DNA from: Tubulanus polymorphus
Taxonomy: Eukaryota; Animalia; Nemertea
Length of the DNA stretch: 64,000 nucleotides
NCBI RefSeq assembly: GCF_964204645.1
Contig: NC_134035.1
Span: forward strand, 2,542,001-2,606,000
Direction: 5' to 3'
Positions 53,901 to 64,000 of the stretch are shown here, piece by piece. The position numbers were made by a program, and so were the translations under genes. The number at the start of each line of letters is the position of its first letter. Position 1 is the stretch's first letter. The notes beneath the pieces were generated by a model, which had not been told where the DNA came from, did no database searches, and saw nothing but the letters and a program-made list of their open reading frames with translations.

Positions 53901-56900
53901 ATAATAATAATGTTGTAATAGTCTCTCACATGTATGTTTCACATGTTTTTTAGGTTATTGTCAGGCTATGAATATAGTCACCAGTGTATTACTGCTTTAC
54001 GCCAGCGAAGAAGAAGCGTTCTGGTTGCTAGTCGCGATCTGCGAGAGAATGCTGCCCGATTATTACAACACTAAAGTCGTCGGTGCCCTCATCGATCAAG
54101 GTATTGGAGAAAATCATACCGCATGATTTATACTCTATACACACGTCCATCTGAATCATTGTCTAGTAATATAGAATACCGGTCCATCAGAGATCTTGAA
54201 GAAAAAAACCTGACAATTGTGAAGAGAAACTAAGAGAGTATTGACGTTTCAACTCAATTTTATGAGCCCTATTTTCAAAAACAATGAGAGTAGAGACGTT
54301 TAGACTCGATTCTATGAGCCTTTTTCAAAATAAAGGGGGTAAGTGACGTTTAGACTCAATTCTATGGCCCATTTTTAAAACGTTTTTTAAAATACTCTCT
54401 TAGTCCTCCTTCATTATTGTGGGTGTTTTCTTCAATTGAATCATAGACACTTTTCGGTGGAAACTGATCAAACACTTTGTTGATTTCAGGTGTTTTTGAG
54501 GATTTGATCAGAGAATATCTACCAGAGTTGTACGATAAACTCGATAACCTCGGTCTACTGAGCATGATTTCACTTTCCTGGTTTTTGACGATCTTTCTCA
54601 GGTTAGTTCAGGCGTGGTTAGATGAATTGTCATTTTGATACTTGTAGATATATTAACAATATGGTTTCATATTTCAGCGTAATGCCATTTGTTAGTGCTG
54701 TGAATATTCTCGATTGCTTCTTCTATGATGGTGCTAAGGTCAGTTGTGCAGGGGCAGATTTACGGGTTGGTCTCGCGGTCCCGACCCCTGCCTTCCCACT
54801 GAGGCTACCCTTTTCATCAAGACAATGATTGTTAAAACCTGTAAATTTGACACTCATCCTAACGGAAATTGCAACCTTCCGCATGTATTTTTTTAAAAAT
54901 ATATTCACACTGTTGGTGGGAGCCCGCTAGTGGCTAACATAGCTGCTTTATCCAAGAAATGCCTTTTCTTTTCCTCTGGACCCGGGCCTTCCAATTTTCC
55001 TAGACTCATATCAATAACCTAAAGGAACAATATCCTAAAGGGGTTATACTAACAAAGAAGCAAGAATAATAAATGTCCGGTCACTAATTTCAGGTGATTT
55101 TCCAAATTTCATTGACGATTCTCGACACATTACGAGAGGAATTACTGAGCTGTACGGACGATGGTGAGGCGATGACGCTATTCGCGCAATACCTCGAACA
55201 CGTGACCAACAAAGACAGCTCGTTACCGATCCTACCGTTACCGGACGCGTTGATCACGTCTGCCGGTAATGAGGATAACGGCGACGATGATAACGGCAAT
55301 GATGAGGACGCGGGAGTTTCGTCCATCGAAATCAGCGAACTCATCGAGAATAGCTACACGCGGTTCGGACAGTTGACCAATCAGCAAATCGATAAATTAC
55401 GATTGAAACATCGTTTGAAAGTCGTGCAGGTAATATAACCGAAATATCTCCCGATTTGACCTTGTCTAAGAAAGTTACTTCAGTGTTTATCCCTAGCCTC
55501 TATCACGAACAGAATATCAGTATCTCTCAGAAGTGACATCCAAGCTTCAGTAGCTTCAGGCCAGGTACCCTATCATAGTGTATAGGTTTCTTCCCCCTTA
55601 GGGTTATCAACTTATCAAGATCGATAATTGATCCACGGTTTCCCCTAGCCTCTGTAAAACATGTGACGCATGTATCTCTCTTCTCTCACTGTGGAGAGAT
55701 AACATCCAAGCTACAGAACTCGGCACTCGGGAATCAGGCCAGTACCCTATAGCATTTGGTTATAGAGGGAAATGAGGATAAGTAGTGTCTTGCCCACGGG
55801 CTGCAGTACTATGGCATCCTCGAAATGAATGGTCTAACCATGCTGCTACTGGGTTTCTCATACTGATATACATGTATAATGTTTTCAATTCATTTTTTGA
55901 CTTTATTAACAAAGTCCTGGGCATAGGGCAGTAGGTTCACGAGAAATATCTGCGAAAATTCTGCCAAGTTGGAAACATTTTGTTATTTTGATTACAGAGT
56001 ATCGAGGACAGTACGATGAAGAACGTTATTCGAAGCGTTCAAGAGTCTACAATAACCACCGGTAAAGAGCTCGAAGACTTGTTCCTCGTATTCAAGGTAA
56101 GAATGCCAAGATTCAGAACAAAACCTCACATCTTCAGTTAGTAGTGTTAGTACTTTTACTACAACGATCAAGAGAGGAAAAAGAGAGAGGTTGCTTTAGA
56201 AAATATTCTGAGATACAAGAGCCAATTTCACATTTGTGAAATGAAATAATTTTGAGAACTCTCAGCTTCATGTGACCCTGAAGGTGCTCACAGGAACTAC
56301 CCGGCATATATCCAGGATCCATACCCTATTCTATGTACCCTGAAATACAGTGGCGATTGAAAAAGTGCCTTTTCTCCCTGAAAAAGCCCCTACTGCACAA
56401 ATAAAATTTCTTTTAGTTACTGGTTGTTATAAAGTAGAAGGTTTATATCAATCATTTTTGGCCGTAAAAAGGGGGCAGAATATAAAGTGCCCTTCGAAAT
56501 TTGAGAATGCTACGGGGTTCTGGACCCCCCTGATAACTAAGATCCTAAAGACCAGACTACTATTTTCATATTTTCTTTGTTTTTATCCGAAAATATAGGA
56601 AGAATATTTGACGTCGTATTACTGGAGAACGAACCATCATCAGTTAGTAGAAAACAACGGCGATAAATACGACCCTTCGCGTCCGTATTACGAACAATAC
56701 AAGATCGATTTCGACCAGTTTAAGACGTTGTTTATCGCGATATCTCCGTGGGCTGCCGGCGTTCACGTCAGTACGCTGGCTCTTCGTTTATTCAGGGTAA
56801 GTCCTAAATACCCCCCTAAATACATTTTTGAAACAAGCTCATAGCAGCCGTGTTCTAGGACATTGTCGTACAAGATTGGCAGCCATTGTTGTCAACTAAA

Positions 56901-59900
56901 ATGCTACAAAGACACTTCAATCAAGTACCTGGAAGTGAGTTGTCTTATTAAGTCAGAAGAATTCTTCGTCTTGTAGGGCCAAAAATGTCTTTTTAGGTAC
57001 CAATTTTCAGGACTGTAGCTTCTTAATGGTAGATGGGCCCCTACTTTAGGATAAGTTCCCAGCCATGGTGTCCATGATAATACGTTTATATCATAATGTT
57101 GTAATAGATTACTCCATTATTCGGTACCAGTCAATAAACAATAGTCAATAAATCAATTAACTGATCAACCGGTGAATTTTACTAAAATCTATTTCGTAAA
57201 ACATTCAATTTTCATTCCTTTGATTCACAGATTCTGGACGTGAACGGCGATCACATGATCAATTTCAAAGAATTCAGTTGGATGATGGGAGTGATCAGCA
57301 AGGCCGATCTCGGAGAGCGTTTAAAGCTGCTGTACTGTCTGCACATGCCGCCCGCTCTACTGCCGTCTGATATGAACCTCGACTCGCCAAAGTCAGGTAC
57401 CGGTATTGCCGATGAATGTTCGTCTAACACTAATCCAGACTGCGCACGTATGTGTTTTTAAATGTTTTTATTTACTAACCGCGAGGTGATGGCGGTGGTG
57501 GCAGCTCATACAGGAATTATACAGTACTTTATGCTTGAGACGCTTTAGAAGTAGTCGCTATAATGTTGTATGAATCTGCATGTGAGAGTGAATGAACGTG
57601 TGATTCTGGACCCAGTTCCACAGTTCTGAATCATTAGAGTAGGGTTAACACATCGAAAATAAACTAATATTCACACAGAATTAACTCATAATGTAGAAAA
57701 AATGCTTACTCTAACCCACAACTGTGTGACTGGATCCTGCGCCTAGATGTTTTAAGGTAACCCAAAGCTGTAAACAAGCATTCATGCTTTATATCTAAAG
57801 TCAATAAGTTATCTTTCATCTGCTTACCTAAGATACGTAGTTAGTTTTGATTATCGATATTGAGAAGCATTTATAGTTAAGAGTTGTTCGGAATTATGTC
57901 ACATACTGCTAGTTTTGTCGTTTAATGTCTGTTTAACTGCAAAACTCACATACCCTTCGAAAGATACAAATCATAATGCAGCAAATTTAACTAAGATTTT
58001 GTGAGCCCACACTTCCTACACTCTTTACCCTACCTTGTTGGAGGATACAAATATGCTCTTTTCAATAAGCAAACACTAAAGCCCTTCATAATGCAGCAAG
58101 TTTGACTAAGATTTTGTGAGCAGGACCGCCTGCCCTACCTTGTCGTAGGATACAAATGCACTTGTTTTCATAGCTATTGCCCTTTTCATACGTAAAAATT
58201 CCGTCTAGTAACGACTTTTAAAATTTGAAACTGTAGATCTATGAATAGAATCAAATAAATGATGTTTGCCATTCTGATTCAAGATGCGACTGAAGATGCA
58301 GTAGAAGCAGCCGATTTCTTCTTAGACAGCGATGAATACCCCGCGAATATCGGCACCAACAAGTCACCGAAATCACCTACAAAACCTATCATACCAGGTA
58401 CGATAATCAATTGCGATGTCAGACGGCTTTTTCGAAAAAATCAAAACGTCGTTTAAGAATCTTTAAACTTCAATCGCTTGATTTCGCTCCAGAAGAAAAG
58501 TCAGTTTTGGTTATAAGCATGTATTAGAATCTATTTAGTAGTTTGTATTCTAGAAATAACCGCTACGACTGCCACGACGAGTTCGTTCCAAGCGGCGACC
58601 GCGACGTTAGCGTCCGTGCCCGAGGGTTCGCCGACGCCTCCGACGACCCTCGCGTTGGAACGGAAGATCGTCGCGACGACGACGGCCCTCGAGTCGCCGT
58701 CTTGCGACAGTCTCGGCGGCGACCTCGCTCCGCCCCTGTTACTCGATCAAAGCGATTCGTACAGCCTCAGTTCCGAGAAGAGTAACTCGTTATCGCGAGG
58801 TGAGGATTTTAAAAAAAATTGTTCACATCGGTTCGATGTCATTCGTGCGTTAACGTGATTTAATTTTTCTCGAAATTCGTATATTGTAGATTACATATCA
58901 CCGTATAAAGCAAAGTTGACCGGATGCTACGACAGTAAAAGCGATTTGCGAGCGGTGCCAAGAATGAACCAGGTAAAATTAGTGAAAGCCCGGGATCTGG
59001 GTTCCACAGTTGTTAGTTAGAGTTAACTCTGAGTTAAAATTATTTCATATTTTCAATGAGTCAACTCAAACTCAACCTCAAACTCAATGAGTGACAAATC
59101 CTAACTCAGAAATGTGGAACGGGGTCCTAGATCCAGGTTCCACAGTTGCAAGTTAGAGTTGATTCTGAGTTATAATCATTTCATTTTCAATGTTTGAACT
59201 CAACAACTGTGGAACTGGGTCCTGGCGTCAGTTTAAAACCCTTTCGCTGCAAAAACATGGTTGAATTGTGGTGTGCGGGGGCTACCCAGGTCAAAAACTT
59301 AAACCAGTTTTAATAAAACAAGGGTTTCTTACCAAATCAACCAGTCATTGACTTGATTATTTTTTTGTAGGAACAATTCATCCAGTTGTGGAAGACTCTC
59401 TACGACATGTTCGGCGACAACATCGACGAACAACAACTGTATCATTCCATAGCGACGGTCGGCACGTTGCTCTTAGAGATCGGCGAAGTCGGCAAACAGT
59501 TTTATCTGAAGCACAGTTCGTCGCAGGACAGCACGCGTAGCATTATCAGCATCGGCAGCGAGAAGAATGCGAAAGATGGCGCAACGGTAGCTGCTGCTGC
59601 TGATGGCGACGAGACACCGATGAACGAAATGCCGTCTGCAGACGCGACGCCCGCAGCAGACGCGACACCGGCAGCAGACGACAAAGAAATCGTCGAAAAA
59701 ATTGACGAGTTGAAAATAACCGAAACAGAGGAAACAACGACAGAGTCTAAAGATTTAGAGGATGAAAATGATGATGATGATGATGATGTAATGGATATAA
59801 AACCGGACGTGAATCGACCGTCCGAACCGATCCCGATCAACAACCCGAATCAGTCGGGCGGCGGCATGCACGGCGGCAGCACGGCGTCGACGCCCAGCTC

Positions 59901-60093
59901 GTACCGGCCGGACACCGACTGGTCAATCACGTTCGAGCAGTTCCTCGCGTCCATGCTCACCGAACCGGCGTTGGTGCGATTCTTCGAAAGCGAACACGAA
60001 CTGAGCGCGCGCATCGACGCGTATCGAAACCGACGTTTGATGCAACGTTCGAACAGCGTCGCGAGCGCCATCACTAATTCGGCGTCGTTATAA
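47948..60093 (+). CDS. TBC1D9: TBC1 domain family member 9 (TBC1D8/9 family Rab-GAP): 2x GRAM, TBC, EF-hand; about 1316 aa
   Basis: Exons: 47948-47991, 48469-48580, 48667-48718, 49097-49267, 49743-49826, 49913-50046, 50451-50516, 50615-50691, 50798-50851, 51189-51390, 51653-51766, 51869-52007, 52275-52392, 52493-52601, 53010-53199, 53954-54100, 54490-54601, 54678-54738, 55094-55429, 55998-56096, 56599-56796, 57231-57396, 58284-58397, 58554-58799, 58890-58972, 59371-60093. All introns are GT-AG and the exons sum to 3951 nt (in frame). Peptides: [43 protein letters not shown] (GRAM), [13 protein letters not shown] (Arg finger), GYCQAMN (Gln finger), [12 protein letters not shown] (EF-hand), [16 protein letters not shown]. 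Confidence 0.95.
49271..49446. mobile_element. Tc1/mariner-pogo-like MITE, TA target duplication
   Basis: ta[CGGCCCAACCCCCGATATACCGCCC...GGGCGGTATATCGGGGTTTCACTG]ta; internal ATACCGCC subrepeats. Confidence 0.7.
53705..53911 (+). mobile_element. 5'-truncated L2/CR1-group LINE, 3' end
   Basis: With one frameshift it reads [39 protein letters not shown], the typical L2 ORF2 C-terminus, followed by a short 3'UTR and an (ATA)n tail. Confidence 0.8.
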
Positions 60094-60345
60094 TGATTTC
60101 GATGTTCGACGATTAAAAACTCACGCGGTGAAAGGAAGTTATTCGGTTTATTATTCACAACCCAGTTCCTTCGAACTCTCCAGTTACAATAATAAACGAT
60201 TTCATCTTTTATTTAACTATTACTATGTTTGATGATATGTCGAAAATCCTACAATAATAATGAAAAAAATAAAATTAAGTCCAAAAATGTTTCCTCGAGC
60301 TAGTAGTTAGTTCAATGTTTCGACTATATTCTTATTAATTCTAAA

Positions 60346-60389
60346 TATTCCTGAAGATGACTATTAGAATATAGTGGAAACGTCGAATA
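60346..60389 (+). ncRNA. Minimal type-I hammerhead-ribozyme-like motif 3' of TBC1D9
   Basis: UAUUC-CUGAAGA-U-GACUAU(UAGAAU)AUAGUG-GAAAC-GUC-GAAUA: 5-bp stem I, stem II with a mismatched closing pair, palindromic ACGU; relatives at 21643 and 29427. Confidence 0.6.
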
Positions 60390-63300
60390 AACTACTAGCT
60401 CAAGGAAACATTTTCAGACTTCATATCATCTATTCGCTATACTTGTGGGATTCTCTACGTATTATCGTCTCAACACGTGGATATATTGTTTTATCAATGG
60501 TTACAATATTTTATTTTCATAATTCGTAATAAATGAGAGATGTTAAATGCTGGGGGATATGACACGAGCCTTTGAGGGCTGCAGTTACAAATTGCAAGGC
60601 ACTGGAGCCACTTGCTGGAACTACTGGAGCCACTTACGTACGAGAAGGGTGCAGTTGAAAGTTAAGATTTGACTCAAAGAGTTTAGACTCGGTAATTGTT
60701 GAAAATGAACTTATTTCAACTCATCACAACAGCAGGACTGCATCCAGTAGATATAAAGTTCAGGGTTTACTCATTGAAAATGAACTAATTTCTACTCAGA
60801 TTTAACTCTTTTAACTCACAAACTGTGGAGCTGGGTCCAAATTTCTTCTAGTTTGTTTATGTCTAGGGAATCGGAATCAAAGAGAAAAAGGATTGATGAA
60901 CTGCATAAGAAAATTCAAATCAGTTGGATCGGTTAATTTTGAGTTTTGAAAACGGGTTTTTTTGTGAGAAGTTTTAGGAAATAGCTTTGCGATATATATA
61001 GACTTTTTTCGAAAATATTTTCAGTTTTTGATATCATTGTATGTGCAATACGTATGTGGCGCTTCTTGTGTATATGTGAAGTAGATCTCCTACTTGTTAT
61101 AGCTTAATAAGAAATCATCATCGCTGCTTCTAAAATCAGGATCCGATTCCACATTTCTGGGTTGGATTTGACTCAACAATCAAACGTCGTTACATCGAAC
61201 TTCACGGGACCAGAAAATCTGTTAGTTACAACCGATAGTTCGTTTCAGTATCCGGTATGAAACGAATTGAAATGTCTGATGAATTTTGTCTTAGACTGGA
61301 CAATTCTAATCATTTCATACCAGTTAACCAGTGGATAGTTGACATAGAGACAATTAAAAGTTCATTGTTAGTATGGTATCTATCCACTGGTTATCTTTAA
61401 CCAACTTTTGAGCAATTGCAACCCCTGATTTCCTGGTCTCCTCGGGCCAGTTTCATAGTCAAGACTTAAGACCAAAAGTGGTCTTAAATCTTAAGACTGA
61501 TCTTAAGTTGTTAGATTGGCTTTAGAAAAAAGTTTGTCTTAGACCTGTCTTAAGTCTAAGCCATGTCTATAGAACCGGACCCTGAAGTTCGATACAGCGA
61601 GGTTTCACTGTATTTAAACGTTGAAAATGAATTAATCTTAACTTGCAATCGAGGGAACGGAATCCTAAACAACTTCATTGTGCAATGAATGTCTATTAAA
61701 ACTGATGCAATCTTTCTACAAAGTTTAGGATGTAATTGTATTGATATAAATGTCGGCTGCCAAGAAGGCTTTTAAGTTATATATACGAAACATTCGATAT
61801 AGAAACGTCATAGCAATCGATGTTAATAACGCATGAAGCCTGACCTGATATATCCATATCAGTAGTTGGTAGCCGTGAAATCCATGTTTAAGTCTGATAA
61901 AAGCCTGCTTAATCCAGATCCATAATGACGATAGCGAAACCCGCTAAATCTAGATCAGTTGTCGATAGCAATGAAATACTGATCGATCCTCCAAAGTACA
62001 ATGTCAGATTGGATAGAGTCAATCCTGACAAAATAGTACTTGATTATAATACCGTATGTGGAGAATGGCATGATGATAACGGAAAAAAAATATTAAGTTC
62101 GAAAGTGTTTTCTTGAGCTATTTTCTAATAGTCACAACACTAGCATTTTATCAATGGTTAATATTGGTCCTGATTCCGTAGCGCTAAGATACTGTGCTCA
62201 GATAGTTTCTGCCGTATATGTGCCGGGTAAATGTATATATGTTACTTTGGAATTAATCGTACGTTTGTTATCATTTCCCGCGAGCCTGGGCTCTCGTCTT
62301 CCAGTGACAAAAGCGCTAAATGTTATCTTGTATAGGTTTGTAGGCTTCTAAGTTGGAAGAATGTGCTGAACAATTTATTTAGGCTATATATCGAACATCA
62401 TTATTCCAGCAAGTTGTCTTAGCCTGGTGTTCATATTTTCAAAAAGGACGAAAAATAGTAGGTTTAATTTTGGCTCATTAGGGGCACTGGGTACTTCGAA
62501 AGGCTCATGAAACTCACTGGAATCCGGCTGTTATTTTCAGGCTTATTTCTCGTTATATTATTAACACCTTTGTTTAGTCGCGAGGTGCTGTAATATGTGT
62601 ACATTGTATTTAAATTATAAATAATTGAAAAATTGCTGGGAAAAACGAATTTGATTTTGTTGTTGATTGTAGGAGATATTATTCACAGGATAGCGGTTGT
62701 CAATTGACACCTGAAGATTCTATCAGCACCAAATTAAATTGAATATACAGTTAAACGACGTTGATACGATTCTGATAAAGACAAAATCCGTTAATTAAAT
62801 CGTACGATGATTTCCAGCATTTCCCAAGTAAGATATTTATATCAATCCAGATTTTGATAATACAACAATATCACTTTCGCCCACAAGATTTGTATGAACA
62901 AGATTCCAGTACTAGTTTATCCACACACGGGGGCCTGCGGTACAAACATTTACTACTGGTAGAATCACAGCGGTGGCTAAATTTGGAGAGGGGAGCTGTT
63001 GGGAATCAAGTAATTTATTTTATGCTATGGCCTTATTACAGTTCCACGATATTGTTCAGCTGCCTACTGGCGCGTGTTCAACCCAGTGCAGGAACCTAAG
63101 CTCAATGTAAATCCATTCAACAATAGAAAGACACAATGGTGGTTTTTCATAGTTGTTGATATCATTTACACGTGCTATTGATGACAATTGTGCTCCTGTT
63201 CCTGCTTCCTGAGGAACGACGTCTTTATGTTTTATGTGTTACTGTTCGTCTCCGTACTGTCCTGTACTGTTCCGTGTTTATTAATCCGTTCTATTTTTCA

Positions 63301-63601
63301 GGTTCTAATCCGTTTTATTTTTCAGGGCCGATTTCTCTGTCGAATTTCAACGTTTGCTGGAACAAAACTAATGTCCGAAAGCGTCAGCTCTCCGTCGCCG
63401 GTCACGTGTCGAGGATGTCAGACAAAGAGCCGGTCAGGAAATGGCTGACCTCTACACGCCCTCATACGGAACATGAAAACCAGGATGACGAGGCCTTACT
63501 CTCCCCACCTATCAACAGAGAGTGTGCTAGGTGACGTCAATGACGGGCAGATCTGTCGGATTGTTTGCAGTGAAAATGGAGTGGTAAAGCTGGACTGTCT
63601 A

Positions 63602-63916
63602 CTAGTATTCATTGATTCCTTTTCAGGAATTGCTTCGGGCAAAGATTTGTCTCTTGTCTTCCTTTGCGTTCTAGCATTCATTGATTCCTTTTAAGGGATT
63701 GCTTCGGGCGGGGATTAATTTCCCTGTCTTCCTTTGCGTGCTAGGATTCATTGATTCACTGTGGGATCGCTTGCATGCTAGCATTCATTGATTCCTTTTA
63801 AGGGATTGCTTCGGACAGGGATTAATTTCCCTGTCTTCCTTTGAGTGTTAGTATTCATTGATTCCCTGTGGGTTGCTTCGGGCAGGGATAAGTCTTGTCT
63901 TCCTTTGAGTGCTAGT
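63602..63916. repeat. Imperfect tandem repeat of about 69 bp (5 units), possibly a decayed coding repeat on the minus strand
   Basis: Units start at 63602, 63671, 63741, 63778 and 63848; core CTAGCATTCATTGATTCCTTTT..TTGCTTCGGGCA..TGTCTTCCTTTG. Confidence 0.8.
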
Positions 63917-64000
63917 GCGGGCAATCCAGTTGCGCTACTTTATTTTTGTCACAAGCAATCTTGCAGGTTTATCAGTTACTGACGTCACGCAGCACACCCT

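Noticed and set aside
61750-62116. 63-aa ORF MTIAKPAKSRS...
   Set aside because: It looks protein-like but is short, has several stops upstream in frame, and shows no recognisable family or splice context.

Overview
This is AT-rich, intron-rich animal genomic DNA, probably from a marine invertebrate or lophotrochozoan (inferred from the gene architecture and repeat types); it is not prokaryotic. It holds two complete multi-exon genes arranged head-to-head, with 617 bp between their start codons. On the minus strand is the SBF1/SBF2 (MTMR5/MTMR13) orthologue: DENN Rab-GEF, GRAM, catalytically dead myotubularin, C1 and PH domains; 32 core coding exons; about 2046 aa; ATG at 47330, stop at 6165. 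On the plus strand is a TBC1D9-type Rab-GAP: 2x GRAM, TBC and EF-hand; 26 coding exons; about 1316 aa; 47948-60093. Both exon chains were built by hand from GT-AG junctions and close in frame. The introns carry several PIF/Harbinger-like MITE families (CWG or TAA target duplications), Tc1/pogo-, piggyBac- and hAT-like MITEs, tRNA-derived SINEs, an L2 LINE 3' end, and mini- and microsatellites. The points most worth follow-up are: the shared GEF/GAP bidirectional promoter; a cluster of candidate cassette exons and microexons in SBF with nearby CTCF-like motifs and a 500-bp foldback; minimal hammerhead-ribozyme-like motifs, two of them sense to the host transcripts; and satellites visibly derived from a SINE and from a MITE. 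I see no clear evidence of a wholly new protein system.
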